Program-made: the position numbers and the translations under genes
Notes under the pieces: model-generated
What the model saw: the letters and a program-made list of their open reading frames with translations, nothing else
The model's database searches: none
Told to the model about the DNA's origin: nothing
DNA from: Cenococcum geophilum
Taxonomy: Eukaryota
DNA length: 64,000 nt
Direction of reading: 5' to 3'
NCBI GenBank assembly: GCA_050273025.1
Contig: CP158636.1
Coordinates: forward strand, 8,990,001-9,054,000
In this document: positions 10,828 to 24,000 of the stretch, one piece after another
Layout: each line of letters opens with the position of its first letter
Numbering within the stretch: position 1 is the first letter of the stretch

Positions 10828-13800
10828 AAGATGCAACACCAAGATTTCTATATAATCGACTTAACTAGGTAACGCGCCAGCTTTAATATTTGGGCACTTA
10901 CAATAGGTGGTTAACGTATTATAGGTAGTTAAAATCAAAAGAATTACCCCTTATACAAATTTTGGTGAGGTGCAATGCGGCTCTTTCGCGTCCTAAGCAA
11001 GTTACCGATATTTCGGTGATGACTATAAATAAGCGGTCGGCTAATACGGTTGTAATGTTAAAGGCTTAGCTGTTCGTAAAAGGTCCGAAAGTAGTTAAGA
11101 ACGTCTCTAAGGTCTCCTGTTCCTAGTCGTCTAGGTTAAAGTTAATTATAAGGGCTTCTATTGACTTATTAGGGGGCTCTTCTACTTCCTTTCCTTTGTA
11201 TTCTAAAATAAACTAGTTAATATAGCTATTAAGTCTCTTCCTAGACTTATTATGTTCTTCCTAGGTATGCCTTATAGACTAATATCCTTCCTTACCGCAC
11301 ATAAAGCACTTCTGGCTAGTTTGTCTATAGGGGTATGTTTTTATACGGGGGTTGCTGCGGGGGTTACGGGGACTTGGTCGGTATGGGTGTTACTAGCGGT
11401 AACGGCGGTCCGTAAAGTAAACGTCTAAGTTTGTTTATAGATATTAAATATCCATAGCAAAGGCTTAAGTGCTGCTTAGTGGGTTTAAGACTTTATACGT
11501 TATAATAGAGGAGCGTAGGTTATTAATAAGGCCAGCTAAGGTGTCTGTAGGCTTATAATAGGCATATTTATAGGGCTTTACTTCCTGGTAAGCCGTAATA
11601 AGTTTATTATGCAGAAAGTTATCTGTTTAAAGCTTAATGTTAAGGCTATACTATAGATGCCGGAGATCCTTAATAAGGATTTGCAGGCACTCTACGGTTA
11701 ACTTTTTGGGATTCTTGTTAATTACGGTCCGTAGCTTAATCGCATTCTATTAGGTAAGGATATTACGCCTATATTCCGGCCCTTTAAAGTAGTTGCGTGT
11801 AGCTTTATATAGTTTATTAAAGGGAATACCAAGGGGTTTGCTTTTAAGGTTAGTGTAGTAGTAGTTAAGTGCTAGGCCGCGTAGCATAGTAGAGTAGGCT
11901 TGGCTGAATTCCTATTTAGAAATATTAGCCTTCTAACAAAGGTCCGTAAAGATAGTCAGTTTAAAGTTAAAATTGTCGTTTTCACCGCTATACTTAGATT
12001 TGTCGGTATAGAGCTTAGCCAGGTTAGCTAGCTCCTTGCTATAGGTCTTTAGTTAGGTAGGTTGCGGATCTATAACTTGTGGATTTGTAGTTTGCAGATC
12101 TGTGGTTTGCGGATATATGGCTTATAGATATATAGTTTGCGGATATATAGCTTACGGATCTATAACTTAAATAATAGGGGTAATTTAGTCCGTATTTTGG
12201 TTTACAGGGGTGTTATAGTCCGTAGCTTAAGAGTAGGGTATATTTTAGCTAATAAGGTTAAGTCTAAAGCCGCTTAGGTTTATAGGACGAATTTGGTTAA
12301 GTAGGTTGGGTATAAGGCTAGCGATTATATTAAGTTTGGAAGAAGTAAAGAGTTCCTTAGTTTCTTGGAACTGGTCTAGGATTTCCTCTTTAGTCTATTT
12401 TGTTTAGTCCTTCTTGTGTATTGTGTTATACAGGGACTGTATAATAGTAACTCATTTATTCCTTTTAACCTATACACCTTAGTTATATAAGAGGGTCTAT
12501 AGGTTATAGATAGTAGTAGGGTTGTATGCTTTAAAGATAGCTTCTATAAAGTCCGCGAAGTCTTCCTAGTATTGCTCCTATAGGTCAACGTTTATAAGCT
12601 TAAAATATTCATATTTAAGAACTTTGAATTTAATATAGTTGTTAATATTAGGTATAGACGTAAGGTTGGCTCCCTACCTCCACTTTTCCTGGCCTTTATT
12701 AACTTCCTTTCTTAGGTCTGCTATACTATATAGTATAGTGTAGTACGTAGTAGGTGGAAGAGGTCTTATAGTGGTCCGTAAAGGCGGTTAATGTCTATAG
12801 TAGTTTGTAGAAGGGTAGGGGGTTTCTATAAGGTCTTGTAATAGTCCGTAGAAGTGATTAATAGGTCCGTAATGGTTTACAAGAGGGTAAGGGTCTCCGT
12901 AGGGGGTCTGAAAAGAGGTCGGAGGTATTAAAAGAGGGTGTAGTAAGAATAGGGGTTTGAGGTTTAGAGGTAGATTAAGGGTAGGGGTTCCGTATAGGTC
13001 TGTATTCGCATTTATAACTTTTGGTAAACCGTACTAAGACTTAAATAAGTATATAGAGTTAGTAATAGGTCCGTAATCCCTGACTTCCGACCTTCTAGTA
13101 GGTCGTACTAGGAGTCTAAATGGGTGGTTGCTGTTGAGTATCGCTCGGGGGGAGGTGTTAAGTGATTGCTGATCTGTGCGCGCTTACTAATTAGTGTTTA
13201 TACTAACTTAATAGTATGAGTAAGTTAGATCCAGGGGCACGAAATACGTGTAGTATTGTATACTCTTTTAGATAATGGTGACTGTTGATTATATAAAGTA
13301 GACTACGTGGTCTATATACTGATGCACCTCCCCCCTAATTAGTTAGTGCTTTATAAGTGCACCAGACGCGTAAGCGAGTGGTTGGTATACTGAACGCGTA
13401 AACGCGTACCTGGTGTACCAAACGCGTAAGTACGCGGTTGGTATAATAGGTGCTGTAATTATATAAATATAAAAAGAGATTAACTAAGGCTTAAGTTATA
13501 TACTAAAAAGATATTATAAATATAGCAAGAAGCTATAGAGCCTAAAAAATAAAAAGCTGTTAAAGTATATAGTATAGGAATTAAAGCTAGAAACTAGTCT
13601 AAAGCTTTTTCTAATCTATAAGCTAACTAAAGAAGAGTTAAAAGTACTTAAAGAGTTTGTCTAAGAAAACTCATAAAAGGGATATATTAAACTATTATAG
13701 TTATTAGCAGAATATCTAGTATTATTTATACTAAAGAAAAATGGAAAGCTTAGGTTATATATTAACTATAAATAGTTAAATAGGATTACTAAAAAGAATA

Positions 13801-14675
13801 GGTATCCTTTACCCTTAATTAGCGAAATTTAAGATTAGATAGGTAATGTATAAATCTTTATAAAGATAGATCTAGAATAGGCATACTATTAGATTAGGAT
13901 TGAGGAGGGTAATAAGTAAAAGGCAGCCTTTAGGTTAAAGGAAGGACTATATAAACTATTGGTTATATAATTTAGACTTATAAACGTATTAGTAACGTTC
14001 TAAAAACAAACTAATGGTATATTAAGAGAATACCTTAATAAGTTTATTATAGTATACTTTAACGACATTATTATCTACTTAATAACTAAGGAAGAATACG
14101 GAGAATATATTAAATAAGTTTTAAAGAGACTATAAAAAGAATAGATATTAGTAGTAATTAAGAAATACAAGTTCTTTATAAGAAAGACCAATTTTATTAG
14201 ATTTATTATTAGATTATATTATATTAATATGGACCTAAAAAAGCTAAAGCTATAGTAAGTTAGTAAGAACTAGAGAATGTAATATAGTTAAGGTTATTTT
14301 TAGGGTTTGCAACTACTATAAAAGGGTTATAATATAATAGTTAATAAATATTAAGCTATTTATAAGGCTAATAAAGAAAGAAGAACTATAGATATAGGGA
14401 GATAAGTAAAGAAAGCTGTTCTAAAAACTTAAGGAGTTATTTACTTAAGAACTAATCCTTAAGATCTATTAATTAGGACTAGAAATAGTTATAGAGATAA
14501 ATGTATTAGACTTTATACTAGGAGTATATTTACTATAAAAGTACGGAAATATATAGCACCTAGTGGTATATTATAGTTAAAAGATAATACCACCTAAACT
14601 AAGCTATAATATCTATAATAATAAGTTATTAGGTATAGTTATAGTACTTAAAAAATAAAGGGTATACTTATAAGG

Positions 14676-17600
14676 TATTACAGCTTATATAAATGCCTAT
14701 AAACCAAAGCTTGTAGAATGCTATATTACGAAGATACTAAGCTAAAAAGAAGGGAAAGGGGGTCGCTAGGACCGATGTAAATAAATATATATAGTAAGTC
14801 GCTAAAGCGCTAGCTCTAGGCGAGCTAATTATAGGTTAGCAGAATATAGTAGAATTTAGTAGGTAACGTGCGATAGCGCCGTTATATTACCCCCCTCTTT
14901 AAAAGAAAGCCTGCCTTTAGGCTTAGTTAGAAATAGGGTAGTACTAGGCTTATAAAATATAAGATTATAAAATATAAGATAAGGAGAAAAAGGGGGATAT
15001 AAGTATGTCCGGACTAAGTATAAAAGGCAATTATAGGTTAAGTAGAAGCACTAGGCTAGAAAAAGTAGCTATTAAAAGTCTTAGCACAGAACTAACTAAT
15101 TAAATAACTTTAACCGACGGTTAAAGTTCCTAGATATTTAAATTTTTACAGTACTAGTAGAAAACGGCAGAATATGGCAGAATTTAGTAGATAGCTGTAT
15201 TAGGGCTTTAGGGCGTTCTTATCCCTATACTTCTCCAGTAACTTATTATCTTTATTATACTAGTATTCTATCTACTTGTCTAGGTACTTTAGGGGTTTAA
15301 GTACGTTAGAGTATTATTTATAAAACTCTTTAAGCTTCTAGGGATAGCCTATAAAGTTCTATATAGGGTATTAGGTTAGGTCTAGGTCGTAACCCTTTCA
15401 TTAAATATAGTATTTTAATATTTCCTATGATATCTTATAAGCTAGTATTTTATTAACTTCCTATTTATTATTACCATTTACTTAAATTAGCAGGGGAGGC
15501 TCGTTCTTTTATCCGGGTAATAGGTTGTTTATAGCTTTCCGTAGCTTATTCAGCGAAAAAATAGAGTACACCCTAATTAAATCTAGGAGCTTTACCTTAT
15601 ATAAGTTACCTATCTTCTTAAGGACCTTATACGGACCTACTATTTAGTAGTCTAGCTTATAGCTAGGTTGTTTAGCCTTCTAATTCCTTATTATAACCTA
15701 GACTATATTACTAGGGGCAAAGTTAGGCTCTTAATGGTGTTTATTTGCCTACTGTTTTATTAATCTCTAGGCTTTTCCTAGGTTCTTATAGGCTACTACT
15801 TAGGCTTCCTTTAAGCGCTTAGCGTACTATTAGGCCTTACTATAGGATAGCTTTTCTTATATAGTATGGGGTTCTTCTAGCCTTTTCTAGTTAAAGCTTA
15901 TATAGGGTAAGTATCCTATTTCTAGCTAAATTGGGGTAAACCCTGTAGAGTTATAGGGTAGGGTTGCTTAGGCGTAGTTTATTAAGAGTAGTAGTTTAGA
16001 CCAGTTGTTTTAGAAGTAGTTAATAAAGGGTCTAAGCCCCTAGTCTAGGTACTAATTTATAATCTCCGTCTAACCATCTATTTAGGGGTAGTAAGCTATA
16101 AAAAGCTTTAGTTTAATACCTAAAATTTAGGTAAACTTATTCCAGAAAGCTAATATAAACTATAGCCTATAATTAGATATAATAGTATCTAGTAGTCTGT
16201 AAATTTAGTAGACATAATAGACATATAGCTAGGCTGCCTTTTTAGCATTAATGTTCTTATAATAGGGAATTAAGAATAGGCGTTTGCTAAAGCGGTTAAC
16301 TATAACTATAACTGTATTATATATATTACGGTCTATAAATGGTTTATAAAAGTCTATAGAGATATACTACTAAGGCGCTCTAGTATTAGGAGTAGCTTAA
16401 GTAGTCCTAAAGTTTTATCTTATGGGGTTACAGCTCTCTAGCAGTCCTCGCAGTTTCATATATATTAATTAATATCTATAACTATTCTCGGCTAGTAGTA
16501 GCGGCAGTTAATAATTTTATAAGTCTTATTCTTGCCGGGGTATACTATAGAGACTTAGTAATAAGCTTTGCGGATTAATTCTATCTATAAATATTAATGT
16601 TAGGGACTATAAGCCACTCCTAGTATAGGAGCAATCCTTCCTTTATTTTAAAATTGGGGATTTTTTTTACGGCTTAATTATAGAGGGCCCTTAGGGCGTT
16701 AGCGTGCGGTTTATAGTTAGGAGGCAGTTAATTAGCCCTATTAGCTTATCTAAGGACTTCTTTATTAGTACTAGCTCGTTTTACTAGGAGTTTAGCTCCT
16801 TAAGGATTTATAGGTTAAGCTGTTCTAGATAAAAAAGGGCGCGTATCCGATATTAAGTCTTTAGCTTATTCTAGGGTCCTACATCTTATTCTCTTTAGGT
16901 TAAAGTATTAGCCTTAGAGTTTTGCTTACTAAAATAATATATAATTATAAAGAAGAATTAGGAGAGTATTTTAGCCCACTAGGCTTATTATTTAGCAAGC
17001 TGCTTTATAGTTATAAAGTACTCTAGGGCTTTATAATCTATATATATCTTAATCTAGGAGTTTATACCTTTAAGCTCTACATACTATTAAAAGAGTAATT
17101 AAATAATAGCTAGTATTTCTTTATTATATACTTTATAGTTATACTTAGCCAGGTTTATTATTTTTAAGAAAAAGGTAATAGGGTACTATTTGCTATCTAG
17201 ATATAACTATAATAGAATTCCCGCTATGACCCTATTAAAAGCATCTATTTTTAGCATTAATTTAAGGTCTAGGTTATAATAATAAAGGATTAAGAAAGAG
17301 ATAAGCCAATCCTTTATCTCTTTAAAGGATTCTATATAGTTGTCGTTAAAGATAAAAGGTGTGTTCTTCCTAGTTAGTTATATAAAAGGTTTTACTATAA
17401 TTTTATAGTTGTGGATAAACTAGTAGTAGAAGTTATAAAAAGTAAGGAAGGATTAGATTCCTTTTATATATAAAAAGTTTTCTAGTTACGGATTACCTCT
17501 ACCTTCTTAGGGTTAACCTTAATTTCTTCTATAATCACGATAAACTTAAGGTATTTTATACATTTTACCCTAAACTCGTATTTCTTAATATTAACTTATA

Positions 17601-17730
17601 TTCGTACGTTCCGTAGTCTCTCTAGGACCTTTTTAATATAAACTTAATACTTAAGTTTATTATCTAAGTATATAAGAATATCGTCTAGGTATACTGTGTA
17701 GAATTTGTTAAGGTAATTAAAAAGAATATA
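14676..17730 (-). mobile_element. Chromodomain-bearing Ty3/Gypsy element, 3' half only
   Basis: LTR ~14676-14886 with an adjacent polypurine tract; chromodomain remnant ~15300-15470; integrase ~15500-16500; RNase H ~16950-17260; RT with VYLDDILIY at ~17670-17700, cut off at ~17730. Confidence 0.85.
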
Positions 17731-17735
17731 GCTCT

Positions 17736-18000
17736 TGTTAAGAACAAAACGTTACATAAAAAAGAGAAAGGGGTAACAAGAGAACTATATAATTAAATAG
17801 TTAGGGGCTTGGTGGTTAATGCGTGCGTATATACGCACGCGGTCTTTAACGGACTTTAGTAGAATTTAATTAATCTAGCAGAACTTAGTAAAAGTTAATT
17901 AAGCTGGTAGAATTTAGTAGAATTTGGTTAAAGCGTCGGAATTTATCTATTAAGTGTTTCACTAAGACATTCCTACTATAACTGGGCTAGTCCCGTTATA
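17736..18000. mobile_element. Probable orphan LTR followed by ~580 bp of unassigned RIP-degraded sequence
   Basis: Starts TGTT and ends GTTATA (RIP form of a ...CA end). Contains the GCAGAATTT repeats also seen in the LTR at 14676. No partner LTR or TSD found. Confidence 0.45.
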
Positions 18001-21000
18001 TTAGTATCAGTTTAGACCTAATATTAGTGTTAAATATTTAAGAGTCTATACTCTAGCTATACCTTATTATCCTACCCCTGTTTTTATATCTATTTATACC
18101 CCTACTAAGGGGTCTAGGTTTTATTCTTGTTAGCTATCCTTTAGAGGGCTAATAGATACTAATCCTACTTCTAAGAATAAGGCATAGTAGCTTTTTAAAT
18201 TAGGTATTTGGGATTTATTTTTATATATAGTAGCAATTAAGGACCTTAATTAGGTGGTTAAGAAGGCCTTAAAAGGCCTTTAAAAGGGGCTTAGGAGCCC
18301 TAGAAATAATATTCCTAATAGAAATAAATAAATAGAAATGCAATTCTAGCAAAATGCCCTATTAACTTTATACTATATACGTAAAAAGGCTAAGGACCTA
18401 TCCTGCCTTAGATCGTAGCCCTATCCCTACAGTTTTTAGAGCCTATTTATTTCATATCTAATTTAACTTATTTATTCTTTAGGGCCTCTTATAGTCTACC
18501 ACAAGCTTTTTTTATAGGTTATAATAACACTATAATATTAAAGCGCTTTTTATAATTTATAGATTATAGACCTAAGTTTAATAAAAAAATCTTTTCTAAA
18601 GAGCGAGCTAAGTATAATAGGATTAAGTAGCTAATAGTTAGGAAAAGTAGAGGCCTATAGAACTAAAGGGAGCTAGTAGTAAAGCCTTAGACCCTTAAAG
18701 GAATTTAAGGATAACACCTAAATTTATAAGTTAATTAGTAAGATTAATAGTTTAAAGCACTAATAGATAGTAGAGTAATAAGAAACCATATTTTACTAGT
18801 AGCAGTTAAAAGAATAGGATTACCTTATGGACAAAAGGAATAATCTTACCTATTAGTTACAATTTTAGGAGATCTAATAGCCTATGGAGAAAGGATTATT
18901 AACCTTAAAATAGGACCTATTTAGATAACTATTAAAGGAAAACAAATTAAGACATCTTTTAATATTCTACTATTAGGATAGGACAAGGCAATATTAGGAA
19001 TGCCTTAGTTATAGGAATACAATCTAAAGATTAATTAGATTATAGGTTAGGTCAATATTAAGAATACTTAATAATATAAAATACAATAATAGACCAAGTT
19101 AGTATAGTACTAAGTTAAAGCAATATATAAAGATACTAAGTAAAGCTTAAGTTATATACTAAAGAGATACTATAAATATAGTAAGAAACTATAGAGCCTA
19201 GAAAGTAAAAAGCTAATAAAGTATATAGTATAGAATTATAAGTCTAAGGTCCTTTTTAACCTATAAGCTTACTTAAGAGTTAAGAGCACTTAAAGAGTTT
19301 ATTTTGGAAAACTTATAAAAAAAATATATTAGACTATTATAGTTATTAGCAGGATATCTAGTATCATTTATACTAAAGAAAAACGGAAAACTTAGGTTAT
19401 GCATTAACTATAAGCTGTTAAATAGTATTACTTAGAAGGATAGGTATCCTTTACCCTTAATTAGCAAAATCTAAATTTAGATAAGTAATGCGTAAATCTT
19501 TATAAAGATAGATCTAAGATAGGCGTACTATTGTAGTGGTATACGCGGTCCCTCTTAGATAGGAAGTCACAGTACTGTCAGGTCTGTCGGTCGGTCGTAA
19601 TCAGTTAGTGGAAATTAGTAGGAAAGCAGTCAGCAAGAAGAGAAGAAAAGAGTATTCTGTGTCCGTCGTGCCTGTCCTAGTTATTAAAGACTCTAAAGGC
19701 ACTAAACCGATCTATATAACTTATAGAAGGCCTAGGCTCTCTTAAAGCTATACCTAATCTAGATATTAAATCTAGGGGCTATATTATACCACTATATACC
19801 TCCCCTACCTAAGTCGTTGTCCCCTAACGACTTTCAAAACTCTAAAACTCCTTATCTTTAAAATGAAGGCGCGGTAGGTAATTGTACGCGCTCCTTACCC
19901 TTACTATAAACCTAAGATAGTAAACGAGGAGACTCCGTTCTGGTTAAATAAGACTATTCCTATCTACTTAGCTAAGTAGCACAAGAGACTTTAGATTGGA
20001 GGCTCTTAAATAATATAGCTCTTTTAGGCCCTTCCATTTGCTCAGTTCTGCCCTATAATTTTTTAGGCAACTTTATATAATTCTATCCTTCTATAGCAAT
20101 TGGGGGCACTCTACTTAGATCTACCGTAATAGCTAAAGAATCGATTCTATTATCGATGCAGTAAAAGTAAAAGCGGCTATTAAAGCGTTCTATCTTAGTT
20201 GTACGTATTAGCCTAAACGCATCTTTATAATTCTTAACGGCCCTAAGACGGTAAAAATATATTTATTTCCCAACTTCGTTCCCGTTGCTATTAAAAAGAA
20301 GGTTATAATCTTAAATTACCGCTAGAGAATTCTATTATTATTTACTAAGAAGGGCGTTAAATAGAGCGCTAGCTATTATAAGCTTAACTACTGCAGAGAA
20401 GCGATATAGAATTACGCCGTAGAGATTGGCATATCTAGACGGCGTATAGGGCGGCGCTTTTAAGTCTTAGTGCGCATCTGCCAACTCTGCCTAAGTACCT
20501 CCTTTAGTAACCTTAAGGTTATTATAATCGTCCTAAATACTAATAAACTATAGTAGTATTGTTTGCTAGGTTCTGGTTAAAGGTTCTTTCGCTCTATAAG
20601 GAAGGTAAGGTATAGTTATACGTATATCTCCTTTTTTATATAGCTAAGCTACCTAGTTGGTTGTATACTTTTCTACATCTTTAGTAGTCTAGTCTTAGTT
20701 AGAGATCTTATAAACGAATCCATTACCCTTAGTTAACCCTTACGCCTTAAGATCCTCCTACTATAATTTTAGGTAGTGATATATACCGGGTAGAATAATT
20801 ATACAGTTATCCTTAGTCTTATTATCTAGAGAAACGCTCCCTTAGATTATATTAGCACCACGTCCACTTTTAAGGAGTAAGGGAATATTAATGTTAATAT
20901 AGCGGAAAGCTATAGAGTCTCCTTTAACCGCGAATTTTGTATAATAAGGGTAGGAAATAAGTTACTACTAGCTATTAGGTCTAAGAGCGTAATAAAGATA

Positions 21001-24000
21001 ATAATACTAAGGGTTTTGTCTTATTAGCTATTAGTAAAGACTATAAACTATCGTTCTTAACTAGCTATAATTTAGCCGCCTATTAATTAGACGCTAATAA
21101 TAGCGGTATATACGCATTTCCTTATTAATTATTACCGAGATACTAGAATCCCACTACTATCTAAACACGTTTAAAATTATAGATCCTTCTTACTACTATA
21201 CTTTTTAGTGTTTTAGTAATATTATCTAATTAAGCAAAGCCTCTCTATTGTATAAAAACCTTAGCGCTAAGTTATAAATAAACTTATACGGTTTTAAAGA
21301 ATTGGATAGAACTAGAGGTCTATAAGCCTTTCTAAACTAAGAGTACGTAGTAGAATTGGTCTTTATAGTACTAAGATAGTTATAAGCGTAATATATTAAA
21401 CGGAGTTTATAATATAGTGCGGTATAGTTTAAACCCTTTATTGCTAAACCTATACGTCCTTCTATAGCTTGTGTATGTATTTAGTAGACCTTATATATCT
21501 CTAAATTAGAACTAGCTGCCCTATACTAACTATGTAAGAGCTTTATAACCTTAGTTAGTTTAATTTTAGTAGTTTAGTTTAGGGATACCTTAAGATAAGC
21601 GGGTATATTATCCTTGTAGTTACACCCTTGTTTTACGCGGAGTATTGCTATAATATTTACAGCCTCCTTAATATACTCCTTATTATCTCCCGGCTTAATA
21701 ACGTTTTTATTAAATATTAATTCTACTTCTAGCCCTCCTACTTCTGGGTAAGTAATTATTAGCCCTCTTCTTAGATTCCTTTTTAATAAAGATACTAGTA
21801 GCTATAAGGGCGAGCTAACAGGCGTTCTAGCTGCGAGAATACTCTCGTTTATAGATAATAAAGGCGAGTTAACTAATATAGGTGATCCTTATTAGGATGG
21901 ACTTAGTATAATACTAATACCTCCTTAAATAGGTATTAATGGCTAAAAGGCTAAGGGATTTATTACGTTAGAAGTATATTATAAGTGTGTTTATAGTATA
22001 AAAGCTAAGCTCTTTTCTGCTTATCTAATTCCGATATTAGTAACCTCTAGTCCTATAGTAGTTAGTCTTTTACTTCTTAGCGGTAGGTCCTTGTTTAGAA
22101 TAAGGAAGCTAGTTAAGTGTCTTTTTAAGCCATACTTATTTACTACCTAGTCTAATACTACCCTTTCTAGTATCTTTGGCGCGAGCGTAAAATCAGTTAG
22201 CTATAGTTAAGTAGTGTTCTTAATGCCGTATCCTAGATATTTAAGCCTATTAATTAGGGCTTTATTAACTCGTGCTGTTACTTTATAAAGTGGGTAGACG
22301 GTGAGCTTTTGGGCGGTAGAAAGGAAGTAGTAAGAGACCGCGTATTTAAGTAGACTATTAAAAATACCTTATCCCTAGGACTTTTAAATAGTTTCTCTAG
22401 CTTTATTACACTAATTTCTTTAATCTTTTACCATCTTACTAACGTTAGAGATATCCTTAAAGATTAATAAGAACGTGTCCCTTTCTAGAGATGCTTATAG
22501 CCCGTTATCCTAGTTAATAAAATTAACTACTATACTAGCAGCATTTGCGTAGTTTTCTTAAGAGAGCAAAATCTTATTATAGATTTAGAGGAGTACTACC
22601 TAACGCTAATTAACTGCGAAGCCTCTAACTTCTGTGAAAACATTACTAATCTATTACTTAGCTCTTTTATATAGTACTAGGGGTCTACTAGATAAAGATA
22701 TAATAAATATACTATTATTAATTCTGTTTAATTTATAACTTTAACTAATTACGGCTATGTTTAAGGTTTATTAAGGGTAAAAAGGTAAAGTTTTAAATAG
22801 GGTTTTCTAATCTAAATAGTTTATTAAATCTAGGTAGTAGTATAGAGTTCTACCGGCTCTAATTATTAAATAGACTAATTATAATTTTCCATCCCTAAGA
22901 TAGAAAATCGCTATTAGCTTAGTAAAGGCGGTAAGCGGAACTAATATCTTTGCAGTAAATAATACTAGATAGTTATACGCAAATATTCTTCTGTTCTTAC
23001 CTTACTGCTACTATATATTAGATTCCTATAACTAAAAAAGCAAATAAGAAAGCGTAATAGAAAGAGCTTTAGGAAATACGGTAAATAAATAGACGGATTG
23101 CATGGCTAGCATTTATATTCTCTTTCCCACCTTAGAACTTAACTATCCCCTAATTAAATATTTCGTACTTAGTTTTATTAAATAATCTTTCTAAAACGCG
23201 CACTTCTTAAACTATACAGCGTTATAATACTAGTGGATTTTATATAGCATCCTCCTTAGGTTCTGGCTCTGCTATTATTTCTTATAGTATAGTTCCGCCT
23301 AACTAGTTAAGCTAGTCTTCCTAGCGGACCTTAAACATCTATTATTAATAAAACTTCTTTAATCTATTCCCTAGAGTTTAATTATAGAACGGCGTGCCGT
23401 TAAGATCCTTAATTAAGTACCATCCTTTATAAGGGTGACTCTTATATACGCGGAACGGGCCTAGCCATTTTAGATCTAACTTGCGACTGCTAAAATAATC
23501 TTGCTTAAGCTGCGTGTTATAAAGTATAACTATATCCCTAACCTTAAATACATCCTAGTAAATACGGCGGATATCGTTAAAAAAAATTATTTGCCTCCCT
23601 TAGTCGTCTTATGCGCGCGACAGCCTCTTATATATCTATATTTCTTTAGTTAAACTACTTTATATAAAGTGCTAGCAGCTCTATAGTGGTCCGGACTGTT
23701 TACTAGGGCAGCGTTTACTAAGTAGGTATACAGAGTTTAATAGGAAGGACATACTTATATCTATATATAACTCTTACTAGCATTATTCCTATAGGTCGCT
23801 TAATAGTTATTTTATCTGCCTATAAAATAGTATAGAGATTATCCAGCTATAAGGTATCTATCTTTGCTAAAGCGTCTACTATAGGCTTATATCCTCGCTC
23901 TATTAAGCCTTATCCCTGCGGGTAATATACGGAAGCTATAACCCTTTTAATATTGTAGAGCTCCGCGAGCGTAGCGGTTATATTAGCATTTTCTCCACTA

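Larger units (their letters stand above)
8141..11025 (+). mobile_element. Tc1/mariner (IS630-like) DNA transposon with two convergent ORFs
   Basis: ~102-bp TIRs starting CAGTCATCACCGAAATATCGG (8141-8242 and 10924-11025); TA TSD (8139-8140, 11026-11027). Confidence 0.95.
4307..13465 (-). mobile_element. Ty1/Copia LTR retrotransposon, full length, RIP-degraded
   Basis: 271-bp LTRs at 4307-4577 and 13195-13465; TSD AATAT. Minus-strand order is gag zinc knuckle (KCFMCGKEG, ~11280-11315), protease (IDTGAS, ~7985-8010), integrase (~6900-7560), RT (~5750-6340, includes ORF 6136-6342), RNase H (~4800-5300). Confidence 0.95.
103..14675 (+). mobile_element. Ty3/Gypsy LTR retrotransposon, family A copy 1, RIP-degraded and 3'-truncated; interrupted by insertions at 262-733, 2717-2843 and 4307-13465
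   Basis: The 5' LTR (~103-852) resembles the reverse complement of the LTR at 53895-54201. Gag remnant ~1080-1920; protease ~3930-4220; RT 13600-14300 (RYPLPLIS and degraded YLDD motifs); RNase H up to 14675. Colinear with the copy at 53895-61111. Confidence 0.85.
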
